Source of the DNA: a virus
Lineage: Duplodnaviria; Caudoviricetes
Reading direction: 5' to 3' (one strand)
IMG/VR virus record: IMGVR_UViG_3300050132_000042
Coordinates: 1-61,474 of that record
DNA: 61,474 bases
The translations under genes were made by a program, and so were the position numbers. Below, one piece after another: positions 26,263 to 35,295 of this stretch (its first letter is position 1; every line of letters starts with the position of its first letter). Under the pieces are notes generated by a model. The model saw only the letters and a program-made list of their open reading frames with translations. It was not told where the DNA came from and did not search any database.

Positions 26263-27339
26263 ATGAAAATCATATCGATCACCGTATCATCCGATACGAA
26301 AGAAGCAATCATCGGTGACGCACTGCGTTCAGTCATTGACTGGGTCGACATCGCGTTGCTGGTGCATATTCCCGGCTTCGGTGACGACCGTACGCAGAAA
26401 ATATTCAATCATATTGCCGGAAGCAAGATGCGCATGATCGCGGTGGGCCACGACGACCCGTTCGCTGAGATGCGCAACGCTGGACTGCGCTTCTGCGATG
26501 ATCAGTATGAGGATGTGTGGTCGTGCCAGCTTGACACTGATGAGCGCATGATGCTCAACAACGTGAACATTCGTGCCACGTTGGCCAAGCTCGACAAGAG
26601 CGTGCAGGCTGTCACGGTGTTCGATGACACTGGTGCGTACGATAAGGTGCGCTTCATCCGGCATCCCACTGGGCTGCGATACTTCCAGAACTTTCACGAG
26701 GAACTGGTACCCGAGCCCGTGACTCGCTCGATCACCGGGGTCCGCTTCCATGAACTGTCGAAGACACCCGAGCAGATCGTCGAGCGCGTGAAGCGGCAAG
26801 TGATCGAAGCGCAAGCGCAGATCGAGATTGAGCCCGACAACCCACGCTGGCATTACTACCGAGCATCAGCGCTGGAGAAGCTAGGTCAGACTCAGGAAGC
26901 GATTGCGGCATACATGGGCGCAATCGAACGATTCAAGAACGATGAGCCGAGGGCGTGGTGCTGCTTCCGCATTGCCTGCTGCTATGCGGGCATCGGCGAT
27001 TCAGTGCGGGCAATCGGCACAGCACTGCATGGCATGGTGTACCAGCCGAACTACCCTGAACTGCCGTGGCTGATCGCGTCGATCTGCATGTCACAGAACA
27101 AACCGTACGATGCGCTGCACTGGGCCAGGATCGCCGCGCTGAACAACTGGTCGCGCAAGCGGGCCACAGAGATCAACCGCATCGGCTTCAAGGAGCCGCT
27201 CGCGCTGTACGAGGGACCGTACCAGATCATGATGACTGCGAACAACATGATCGGCAGATCATTCGATGCAGCGTGGGCTGCGGGCGAGATGAGGCAGGCG
27301 ATCAAGGCGCGCAAGCAATTCTTCGAGCAAGGTAGATAG
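26263..27339 (+). CDS. GT2-like glycosyltransferase with TPR repeats
   Basis: DDRT, FAEMRNAGL, LDTDER (DxD), FHEEL; TPR-like NPRWHYYRA...EAIAAY. Confidence 0.8.
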   Translation: MKIISITVSSDTKEAIIGDALRSVIDWVDIALLVHIPGFGDDRTQKIFNHIAGSKMRMIAVGHDDPFAEMRNAGLRFCDDQYEDVWSCQLDTDERMMLNNVNIRATLAKLDKSVQAVTVFDDTGAYDKVRFIRHPTGLRYFQNFHEELVPEPVTRSITGVRFHELSKTPEQIVERVKRQVIEAQAQIEIEPDNPRWHYYRASALEKLGQTQEAIAAYMGAIERFKNDEPRAWCCFRIACCYAGIGDSVRAIGTALHGMVYQPNYPELPWLIASICMSQNKPYDALHWARIAALNNWSRKRATEINRIGFKEPLALYEGPYQIMMTANNMIGRSFDAAWAAGEMRQAIKARKQFFEQGR

Positions 27340-27340
27340 C

Positions 27341-27370
27341 AATGCCCCGGTGCTGAACCGGGGCATTTTC
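27341..27370. terminator. Terminator at the convergence of the two genome arms
   Basis: AATGCCCCGGT-gctga-ACCGGGGCATT followed by TT. Confidence 0.75.
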
Positions 27371-27376
27371 ATGTAC

Positions 27377-27970
27377 TCAGAACCGGATCATCAGACTGAC
27401 TGCGACCTCGCCGCCATGCAGCACGCCCCCCGCTGGTGTCGTCATGGATACGAAACCAACCCTGCCGCCCAGCCGGAACGGGCCGATATCCCGCTGCGCC
27501 AGGACGCTCCTGGTGTTGCCCCACGGGTTGACTGCGTATTCCAGGCCCGCCGCCCAGTTCAACGTCTTGGGGGCCTGCCCAGCGTTGACCACGACCGTAT
27601 CCTGACCCGAGACGACCGTGCCGTTCGGGCTGCTGGTGATGATTCGCTCGCCGCCATCGGGTTCCTTGACCAGTGACCAGTCGATAATGACCGGCGTGTG
27701 GGGCAGTTCGTCGGGCTGGATCGTAGCCTCGCCCGTGCGTTCGACGACATCACCTTTCGGGATGATCTGCTTCGGCTTGGCCTTCGGATTCTCCTTGCGC
27801 TCCAGAACCAGCGAGTTGTCGGTCTGCCGAACTTCCGGCTTCGGCGCGACTGCACTCGGCGGCAGCGGCTTCGGTTGGTACAACTTCCAACCGAGTCCAA
27901 GCCCCGAGGCGAACCCGGCAAGGACCAGCACCGAGCCCAGGATCACATACGACTTCGTTGTCATCGTCAT
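27377..27970 (-). CDS. Lysis accessory (spanin-like) protein with an N-terminal TM and C-terminal amphipathic beta-strands ending in Phe
   Basis: Last gene of the lysis cluster; TM YVILGSVLVLAGFASGLGLGW; ends VAVSLMIRF. Confidence 0.5.
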   Translation of the reverse strand: MTMTTKSYVILGSVLVLAGFASGLGLGWKLYQPKPLPPSAVAPKPEVRQTDNSLVLERKENPKAKPKQIIPKGDVVERTGEATIQPDELPHTPVIIDWSLVKEPDGGERIITSSPNGTVVSGQDTVVVNAGQAPKTLNWAAGLEYAVNPWGNTRSVLAQRDIGPFRLGGRVGFVSMTTPAGGVLHGGEVAVSLMIRF

Positions 27971-28245
27971 TGAGGATCACCCGCTTTCTGTGCATCATTC
28001 TTCTCCCTCGCACGAGTGGCCCATGTGCTGTTGACTTTGGTGACGGTCACAAGCCCAGCGAGCACCAAGAAGTTCTGATTCCAGCCATCAGTGAAGCCAG
28101 CCCCCTTGTACACACCATGACTGAGCCAGAACAGATCGCAGAGCACCGTCAATGAGTACGCGGCAAGCACGACATCGGCGGTGTGGTCTCCTGCATCCAT
28201 GAATTTCTGAAACCACATGATCAACCACCTCAGAATCGAGTTCAT
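27967..28245 (-). CDS. Putative holin
   Basis: 92 aa, two hydrophobic segments, charged C-tail, GGAGG RBS, next to the endolysin. Confidence 0.6.
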   Translation of the reverse strand: MNSILRWLIMWFQKFMDAGDHTADVVLAAYSLTVLCDLFWLSHGVYKGAGFTDGWNQNFLVLAGLVTVTKVNSTWATRAREKNDAQKAGDPQ

Positions 28246-28308
28246 CAGTCACCTCCATGTCGTAATCAAGTTCACCCAAGTACGGATCGGGCCAGTACGG
28301 GTCAGGCA

Positions 28309-28743
28309 TCAGGTCGGTGTGACAGTCAGCGTGTCCGGCTTCATGCCTGCGAGCATGACGCGATAACCGTGCAGCGTGACAATGCAGCCTTCGCTCTCCT
28401 GCCCATACTTGGCCGAGTCGCTGCTTGGCCCATGCACATAGATGCCGTTGCGCCCGTACGTCTCGCCGCCGATCTGCTCCAGATGGCAGATGATCAGGCC
28501 GAGATGCGCGGGATATCCTAGTCGCGCAATGTCATCAGGAGTCATCGCCCACTCGTTGAATCGCCACAATCCATGCGGCAATGGGCCAATGCAATGATCG
28601 GCCTCGCACAGCGGATTGTTCTTCCCCTGGATGCCAGTGGGGTTGCTATCGTTGCCTGACCACGAACAGTTGAGCGGCACGATCACAATGCCGTTGTCCT
28701 TGGTCCACACTCCGTTGATCTGCGTATAATTGAGGTTGAGCAT
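28309..28743 (-). CDS. Putative endolysin, DUF2778/Tlde1 (L,D-transpeptidase-like) fold
   Basis: WSG...NNP...IGPLPHG.W...GRNGIYVHG...SEGCIV. Confidence 0.75.
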   Translation of the reverse strand: MLNLNYTQINGVWTKDNGIVIVPLNCSWSGNDSNPTGIQGKNNPLCEADHCIGPLPHGLWRFNEWAMTPDDIARLGYPAHLGLIICHLEQIGGETYGRNGIYVHGPSSDSAKYGQESEGCIVTLHGYRVMLAGMKPDTLTVTPT

Positions 28744-29084
28744 CAGTGGGCTCCGTCGCTGTGAGTTTCTATCGGGCTGGTTCTGCGTATCGGCATTGGT
28801 GAACGAGCGATGTGCTGCATCAACGATTCCTTGATCTGCTGAACATCCACCTGAAGCTGGCCGATAGCGCGCTCGTCCAGCGTGCGTCGATCACGGTCAT
28901 TGGTCTGATTCGCCTCGACTGCGGCCAGCTTGCCTGACAAGTCTCGTACTTCAGTGGTCAGGTCATGCAGTGCGTTGATGATACCCGCGCCGATCACGCC
29001 AATTAGCACAGTGACGATGCCCACCAGCGTAGGCACCATGATGTCGAATAGTGATTTCCTTCTGCGGTCAGTCATCGGCATCAT
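28743..29084 (-). CDS. Single-TM coiled-coil protein (lysis-associated)
   Basis: N-terminal TM followed by a heptad coiled coil. Confidence 0.55.
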   Translation of the reverse strand: MMPMTDRRRKSLFDIMVPTLVGIVTVLIGVIGAGIINALHDLTTEVRDLSGKLAAVEANQTNDRDRRTLDERAIGQLQVDVQQIKESLMQHIARSPMPIRRTSPIETHSDGAH

Positions 29085-29089
29085 TGCCC

Positions 29090-30235
29090 CTACGTCTTGA
29101 TGATGAAGTTGACGGTGACATACGGAGGAAGCGACGTGGCAGTAGTGGCTGTACCACTCACGGCCCCGGTATTACCCGTTGAACTCGGAGTGGCATGGCC
29201 ATTCTCGAAGACGTACCCAGGAGCCCCTTCAGCGCTTGCATCGGCTGTTTCAATACTTGGCCCGACGTGGACGTGAGCGATCAGGGCTTGTGCCGAACCG
29301 CCTGAAGCGCCGAGTGCGTACGACCCATTGTGGCCGATGGGGAAGTTGCCGCCCATGTTGGGCACATTGAAGGTCAACGAGCCATCGCCTGCGCCATATG
29401 TCGTGCTGATTGCAGTGAACAATGCCGCATAGGTTGCACGGCTCACGGCTGAGCCATCGCAGAGCAGGAACCCGGAGGGCGCGGACGATCCGCCGAATGG
29501 CAGAATAGCTGCCACAGGGACAGATGATGCCGGAGTGACGGAATATTGGGATGGGACTGGATTCACCAGTACAAACGATGTCGTTGCAGCATCCCAGAAG
29601 CATTCGTAAATGACACCGCTTACGATGTCACCAGCTTGTACTGCTGACCCATCATTTCGCACAAGCGGATGAGTGCCTGAACCCACATCAAGAGTGCCAG
29701 CAGTCGTGCTGGTCGTACTGGCCTTGAACGCAAATCTCATACCTCTATAGAGTTGCGCGGTGCCGGGGATGGTGGCAATAACAAATGCATTCGTGCCCCC
29801 TGTATCAATCGCATAGTTACCTGCACATGCTGTATTGCCGCCGCCCCACACGGCCCAATCCACGTTATCGACATTGGCGAACGTGTTCGGGTCACTACTT
29901 GCCCCAGCAGTCAAGCACTGGAATGAGTGAGAGAAATCATTAGATGCGATCACAGCGCCGATAGGATAACCCACAGCGGACGCAAAGGAACTATCCCACT
30001 TAAAGCGACCCCCTGCGTTGCTGTAGACGAGCACCGAACTCAACTCATAATATATGCCATTGAAGTCCTGCCCCGCAGGGGGGACGCCACCGGAACTGAT
30101 TGGCTCCATGGTGACAGGTGGAAATCCATCATGCCACGATGCGTTAGGCGATGCTGATGGATACGAAATGATATTCTTCAGCCCAGCATATGCAAAGGGC
30201 TGCTGGAGGATGGTGGGGTATGCTGGACCGCTCAT
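29090..30235 (-). CDS. Tail fibre with collar domain
   Basis: ASW.DGFPPVTM.P...GG.PP.GQDFNG N-terminus; collar APSGFLLCDGSAVSRATYAALF...PPYVTVNFIIKT. Confidence 0.9.
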   Translation of the reverse strand: MSGPAYPTILQQPFAYAGLKNIISYPSASPNASWHDGFPPVTMEPISSGGVPPAGQDFNGIYYELSSVLVYSNAGGRFKWDSSFASAVGYPIGAVIASNDFSHSFQCLTAGASSDPNTFANVDNVDWAVWGGGNTACAGNYAIDTGGTNAFVIATIPGTAQLYRGMRFAFKASTTSTTAGTLDVGSGTHPLVRNDGSAVQAGDIVSGVIYECFWDAATTSFVLVNPVPSQYSVTPASSVPVAAILPFGGSSAPSGFLLCDGSAVSRATYAALFTAISTTYGAGDGSLTFNVPNMGGNFPIGHNGSYALGASGGSAQALIAHVHVGPSIETADASAEGAPGYVFENGHATPSSTGNTGAVSGTATTATSLPPYVTVNFIIKT

Positions 30236-30256
30236 GCTGATGCTCCTGTTGGTTAG

Positions 30257-30934
30257 TTAAGATTGAACCGTGTGCTTGATAGTGGCACCGAACGTGCCTT
30301 GACCGAATGGTTGTAGACCCGTTCCAGCAAACCCAAAACAAGTGGCCGTGTCAATGGTAAGAATGTACGAGAGAACGCCAACGGGTCGTTGAAGCGCGCC
30401 AGACGTTGTGAGAATGGCCAGATCTGTATCTGTGAGTACAAATCCGAAGAAGTACTGCATTTCCATATTACCGATATCTATAACGTATGCCTTGAGTCCT
30501 GCGTATGGCCTACCCGGAGCCAGGAACAAGTTATAGAGAATCAGATTAATCACAGGCGCAGAGCAGTCATTGATATTGGAAAGCGCCTTGGCAAGAAGCA
30601 ATGTTCGGTAGTCGTCGTCACTAAGATCAAATGGGACTGACACGAAGTAGCCATCATAAAATGGTGCTTGATCAAACGGCTGATAGCCGCCCCCCTCGCT
30701 GAAACCAAAATAAGTCACGCTTGGGTCAGGCACATCTATCGCGCGAGACACACCAACTCGTCTGCCCCACATATCGAGACCGTAGCCCTCTGCTGTGCTG
30801 ATATTCCATACCTTAGTAATGAAATCCTGAAGATTGGAACGTGGGTCGATATCATCATTCCAATCTGCCAAGATCTGCATGATGATTGGGCTATTTGCGT
30901 ACTGGCTTGCTATCGCCTGAATTGGATTGATCAT
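30257..30934 (-). CDS. Baseplate wedge protein (DUF2612-like)
   Basis: SQYANSP...A.GYGLDMWGRRVGVSR...FDQAPFY. Confidence 0.85.
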   Translation of the reverse strand: MINPIQAIASQYANSPIIMQILADWNDDIDPRSNLQDFITKVWNISTAEGYGLDMWGRRVGVSRAIDVPDPSVTYFGFSEGGGYQPFDQAPFYDGYFVSVPFDLSDDDYRTLLLAKALSNINDCSAPVINLILYNLFLAPGRPYAGLKAYVIDIGNMEMQYFFGFVLTDTDLAILTTSGALQRPVGVLSYILTIDTATCFGFAGTGLQPFGQGTFGATIKHTVQS

Positions 30935-32172
30935 ACGATCCCCACCTGAATAGTGCTGCCATCAATGGGCACATGAGGATATTGATCAATATTAGTCGGT
31001 AAATCGAGACCGCTGGGGTTGGGTGCAGCGCCCACCCCGATACTGATAACCTGAACGTTTGGCGACACGCCACTGACTGGGCCGTACAATGACCCCGCAT
31101 AAACTGTGCTACCAATAGCCCCAAATGTATTGTTGGGGGTGCTGAATAAACTTAATATTTCCGACTTGATCAGATCTGCAAGATTCGCGGGTAGCCCCGG
31201 TATGAATTTGATCACGATGTTGATGTAGATATTTACAGCAGATGGTTGCTCGTATGTCACCGAGTATTGGGGGTACGGGGGCGACAATAACGATCTATCC
31301 TCAACTGTCAATGTAGTGTTTCCATTGTAGTCGCATCCCACACTTTTCTTTGACCAAATTGCATTGGCGATGGACTGAGGGTCTCCACCCAGAGCGGCCA
31401 CGTACACCGAGTGCGCCGCGAGTGCTACGCCGCCGATGACTGCTACAGTATTAGTAAAGTTTTCAGTGACATAGACATTGCTGGGAGTATTTGGTACGGG
31501 CAGATCAGCACCGCTAGAAATGACAGCAGCACGGATTGACTGCAAGTTAGCTACTGCATTCGCTGCAACCGATGCCTGTCTGCGCAACTCAAAATCTTGT
31601 GACGACTCGACGTTTGTACCTTCGATCAAATCATCAGGGTTCACAATGCCAGACCACCCCGGCACAGCCAAGTAGATCTGATTAAGCTTGCCAGATACAC
31701 ATGGGATCGGGCCAGTTTTCTGATTGGCGAAATTCAGAATGATCGAACCAGAAGGGGGGATCGTTCCGCCATCCTGACAGAGATAAATATTCTGATTGTT
31801 GTCGCTGGCCTGCGCATTCACAGGAATGACCGTTCCCGGAAGTCCAGTACAGACACACGGCCCATTCGTGGCAGTGGCCGGGAACCGAGTCTGAAAGTAG
31901 AGCAGCCCTATGGCATCCTGCATCGACCCCTGTGCGAACTGCGGATCGACCTGAGATACGAAATATGCAAACAGATCATTCTTATCCGCGATGTACGCGG
32001 ACACAGAAGTAGCAAGCTGCCCCTGCGGCGTCGACAGCGCTTCAGGAGATGACGCGTTGAGCGTGCCGCCGAACGCCGAATTTATATCTGCCATAACGGC
32101 ACTGAGAACGTCGGCATCTGCCGGTTCTATATACCCGGTAGGGCCAAGGACGGGTTCCGGAACAGTTGACAT
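30931..32172 (-). CDS. Baseplate J-like wedge protein
   Basis: TPQGQLA...DP..AQG.MQDAIG...G.NVES..DFELRR. Confidence 0.9.
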   Translation of the reverse strand: MSTVPEPVLGPTGYIEPADADVLSAVMADINSAFGGTLNASSPEALSTPQGQLATSVSAYIADKNDLFAYFVSQVDPQFAQGSMQDAIGLLYFQTRFPATATNGPCVCTGLPGTVIPVNAQASDNNQNIYLCQDGGTIPPSGSIILNFANQKTGPIPCVSGKLNQIYLAVPGWSGIVNPDDLIEGTNVESSQDFELRRQASVAANAVANLQSIRAAVISSGADLPVPNTPSNVYVTENFTNTVAVIGGVALAAHSVYVAALGGDPQSIANAIWSKKSVGCDYNGNTTLTVEDRSLLSPPYPQYSVTYEQPSAVNIYINIVIKFIPGLPANLADLIKSEILSLFSTPNNTFGAIGSTVYAGSLYGPVSGVSPNVQVISIGVGAAPNPSGLDLPTNIDQYPHVPIDGSTIQVGIV

Positions 32173-32181
32173 AATCGACCC

Positions 32182-32535
32182 CTAGAATGTGACGCTCAAT
32201 GCTTGCCCGTTAGTGTCGATCACTTTCACCGAGCCGGTGAGAGTACGATTGCTAGTGAGTGGGTTCAGCGTGGTCTGCGCTTTCACCACACCGGGAACCA
32301 TCAGTGCAGCTTTGTTGAAATAATTCCTGATCAACGATAGCGATACTCGCTGACCAAGGATGTTCGTGAAGTACGGCACGCCCTGTTCTGTGTCGTACCA
32401 CAGTTCGCCGAGCACAGTGCGAATGGCGGACGCAACATCTTGCGCAATGGCGTAACCATTGGTCGCCATCGCGATGTTCTTAGAGGCGTCAGCAGTGAGA
32501 TCCCAATTTGAAGTGAGCATCAGCGTGTTCATCAC
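32182..32535 (-). CDS. Baseplate gp25/W-like sheath initiator
   Basis: WDL...IAQDVASAIRT.LGELWYD..QGVPY. Confidence 0.8.
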   Translation of the reverse strand: MMNTLMLTSNWDLTADASKNIAMATNGYAIAQDVASAIRTVLGELWYDTEQGVPYFTNILGQRVSLSLIRNYFNKAALMVPGVVKAQTTLNPLTSNRTLTGSVKVIDTNGQALSVTF

Positions 32536-32906
32536 ATCCCCAATTCAGCCATGAGGTCGGGCACTGTGCAGGGCATCGGGCCGCAGGATGAGAAGTCCAG
32601 CAGCGCAGCATTCCATTGGGGCGTGACCTGCGGCTTGCGCGTGTAGTAAAGCGCCCATACCGAATTTACCCACGCCATGACCGAGAGCGCCTTGGGCTTC
32701 TGCTGAAGAACTCCCATCGTGACGAGCCCATATGCAGCCCCACTGATCTGTGCCTCCTGGTAATCGGTGGCGGCTTGCCAAAGCGCCTGGACGTTCTGTG
32801 CCTGCAATGCGGCAAGCCCTGCGTTGAACTCATCCTGCGTGAGATCGGGGTTCTGAACGGGACCGTTACCGTTGTCGACCCAGAGGGGGGTGGGCATGTT
32901 TACCAT
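32532..32906 (-). CDS. Putative fibre assembly protein
   Basis: Follows a fibre-like gene; LWQAA..YQ...DFSSCGPMP. Confidence 0.5.
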   Translation of the reverse strand: MVNMPTPLWVDNGNGPVQNPDLTQDEFNAGLAALQAQNVQALWQAATDYQEAQISGAAYGLVTMGVLQQKPKALSVMAWVNSVWALYYTRKPQVTPQWNAALLDFSSCGPMPCTVPDLMAELGM

Positions 32907-33811
32907 GTTGGAATCTCCGTGATGGTGAAGAACGTGTACGCAGGAACGTATGCCGCATAGAAGTTGAAGCACGCAGACGAAAAGTTTCCAGCGGAGTAGT
33001 TGCCATCTATCTCCATCACGGCACCAGCAGCCAAGGTCAGAACTGCATTGATGGTCTGATTGTTGTTCTGAGATGACGTGTAGTACTTGTTCCCAGCCCC
33101 CATGACAACAGGACCAGTGGTGTTCTTTATGAATATCTGAACACTACACGCAGATCCGTTGTTTAAACTCCAGTCGAGCGCAGCACCCACAATGTATTCA
33201 CCGGGCCTGAAAATAATGATCTGGGAATTGGATGACGTAGCCATTCGATTTGTATTATCCGTATCGAGCGTGCCGAATGTGATCTTGGTCATCGCACCAG
33301 CGGAGAACGTCTGGCTGGCGTTCGCATAGACTGTGCAGCGCATCGGGATGGTTTTCCCGGCCATCTTGGTCCACGTCACGCCATCGCAGTAGAGCACAGC
33401 TGATTCATTGGCCCACATGACACGAGTGTTCAAGCCATCAATTAATTCTGCCGCATTGCCTTTTATCGTGACAAACTTGGTGAGCCCTGGTGCCATGCGC
33501 ACACCCACGAACTTGCCCGTGTTAGCACCAACCGCCGGAAGCGTGACAGTATAGTCGGAACTCGTTCCCGAACAGACATGCATAGTGCTGATCGTCAAGT
33601 TTGCAGTAGTGCCTATCGCTATCTCGGCATTGGCCAGAGTTGACAGGAAGTCGTAAGCTTGCGAAGTGCCCGTGGCAATCATTGCAGGGGAACCAGATGT
33701 CCCACCCACCGCTGGCAGCGCGAAATACTGATCAGCAGCGATGTCGGTAGCCATGAGTCGAGCCTTGCCGCCACCGCCAGTCAGTGCTCTGAAAAATTCA
33801 GTGAACGGCAT
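32900..33811 (-). CDS. Fibre/receptor-binding protein with a C1q/TNF-like C-terminus
   Basis: TVTLPA...GAE.IDG...LYCDG..W module, then a beta-sandwich (IFRPGEYIV). Confidence 0.65.
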   Translation of the reverse strand: MPFTEFFRALTGGGGKARLMATDIAADQYFALPAVGGTSGSPAMIATGTSQAYDFLSTLANAEIAIGTTANLTISTMHVCSGTSSDYTVTLPAVGANTGKFVGVRMAPGLTKFVTIKGNAAELIDGLNTRVMWANESAVLYCDGVTWTKMAGKTIPMRCTVYANASQTFSAGAMTKITFGTLDTDNTNRMATSSNSQIIIFRPGEYIVGAALDWSLNNGSACSVQIFIKNTTGPVVMGAGNKYYTSSQNNNQTINAVLTLAAGAVMEIDGNYSAGNFSSACFNFYAAYVPAYTFFTITEIPTW

Positions 33812-34110
33812 CAGATCACCCCCACCAGACCACCATCAGTTTCAAGAATGTGACCATTCGTTTCCAGTGGCCCGCACACGACATACGAATACCCGGATGC
33901 GATGGTCAAATTTCCAGACAGCACTCGCTGGACAGAGCCATTGGCTGGGGCACTCACCACAACCCACGCAGCATTATTTCGCCCATACGTACTGCCATTC
34001 GATGGGGCATCAGAAAGGAATGGGCCATCGCTCAGATCCGAAGATGCAAGCTGGACTTCCTGGAGACCCACTCCACTCGCATTGCGAATTGTCGGCTTGC
34101 GTGCGGTCAT
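33811..34110 (-). CDS. Small virion fibre-associated protein
   Basis: DAPSNGSTYGRNNAAWV, a fibritin/foldon-like motif. Confidence 0.55.
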   Translation of the reverse strand: MTARKPTIRNASGVGLQEVQLASSDLSDGPFLSDAPSNGSTYGRNNAAWVVVSAPANGSVQRVLSGNLTIASGYSYVVCGPLETNGHILETDGGLVGVI

Positions 34111-34662
34111 TTAAGCCACCGTGATCCCAAGCATGCATGAGAAGTTCGCCGACACAGTCGTCCCGACAGAATCGATGAACCCAAGCTGCTGATCGAAGTT
34201 CCCAGTAGTGCTTACGCGCGTGGTCGTCACACCACCAGCAGTCCCCAGGTACAGCGGCTTGCCCACATCAGCAGCAACATACGCTCCGACAGGGATCAAG
34301 TTGTTCACTGACCCGTTCGTGTAGACGGTGACGGTCTGCCCAACGGTGAACCCAGCGAGAACGAACCCATGCGCTGGCTTGGTATTGTCGGTGGAGTCAG
34401 CAGGGCGCACAGTCTTGACACCAGCGACATTGTAGAAGTTGACAAACATGCCAGCAGTTAGAGCAGTGGCGCTACATATGCCGGTACTGTCGGTGTCAGC
34501 ACCGATGCCGACAGGCATCATGTTCACATTAAGCAGGCCGGTCGTCCCATCGAGAGCCGGAATCTGCCCAGCGTAGGATGACCCACCATTCGTGGTCGCA
34601 GTGATCTCGGTCAGGCCAAGGTTGGCAGCAACACGAGTGAGAAACTTTTGAATCGACGCCAT
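34111..34662 (-). CDS. Virion structural protein (DUF2190-like trimeric domain)
   Basis: ALTAGMFVN...ADS...PAHGFV...LYLGTAGG...QQLG. Confidence 0.6.
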   Translation of the reverse strand: MASIQKFLTRVAANLGLTEITATTNGGSSYAGQIPALDGTTGLLNVNMMPVGIGADTDSTGICSATALTAGMFVNFYNVAGVKTVRPADSTDNTKPAHGFVLAGFTVGQTVTVYTNGSVNNLIPVGAYVAADVGKPLYLGTAGGVTTTRVSTTGNFDQQLGFIDSVGTTVSANFSCMLGITVA

Positions 34663-34671
34663 GACAGGCTC

Positions 34672-35295
34672 CTATGCCAGTTTGATTGGGGTTTGAGGTG
34701 CATAAACAAAAGTGGTTGACGTTACACGACGAACAAGAGGCGCAGCCCACACATCACCGGCAGCAGATGACGGAACTGTTGCGGTAAGCACCCCTGTCTG
34801 ACTAAGATACAACATGGCTCCATCTGATCCAGGAAGTGCGAGCAGGGTGGGGTAGATCGCAGTTTCGCCATTAGCCACAGGAACGATCTGAGTTGATGCG
34901 CCGGACTCAAGCGTGATGCCATCGACGAATGGGAATGACGCTGACGTTGATGTGACGGGCTGCGCGATTCCAGAAACGATCTGATATGGCTGATTGGTGG
35001 CGAACGTCGCACCAAGTTCGACAGTGATCGTGGTCGGGCCACCACCACTGGTGATATCAACCCAGTCAGCATTGGTGATGCCGCCCTGAAGCTGCCACTG
35101 ATGATAGTCGCTGAGCGTCGTGGCGATGGAGCCTGCACGCCTGCGTTGAGTCGGGATCGCGTCACGCACGGTCGAATCGGTGACCTGCCACGGCCCGCCC
35201 AGACTGAACTGAGTATCCGTGACTGGGTACGTGTCGCTCGTGTCCGTGGGTGAGAACGGGCCACCAATCGGGACATAACCAGGATATCCGCTCAT
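34672..35295 (-). CDS. Virion structural/fibre protein
   Basis: RDAIP..RRR.G...WQLQGGITNADW module typical of phage fibre genes. Confidence 0.6.
   Translation of the reverse strand: MSGYPGYVPIGGPFSPTDTSDTYPVTDTQFSLGGPWQVTDSTVRDAIPTQRRRAGSIATTLSDYHQWQLQGGITNADWVDITSGGGPTTITVELGATFATNQPYQIVSGIAQPVTSTSASFPFVDGITLESGASTQIVPVANGETAIYPTLLALPGSDGAMLYLSQTGVLTATVPSSAAGDVWAAPLVRRVTSTTFVYAPQTPIKLA

Noticed and set aside
28088-28309. 73-aa ORF overlapping the holin in another frame (possible antiholin or o-spanin)
   Set aside because: It has a coupled start but no signal peptide, lipobox or TM, so there is no support for a function.
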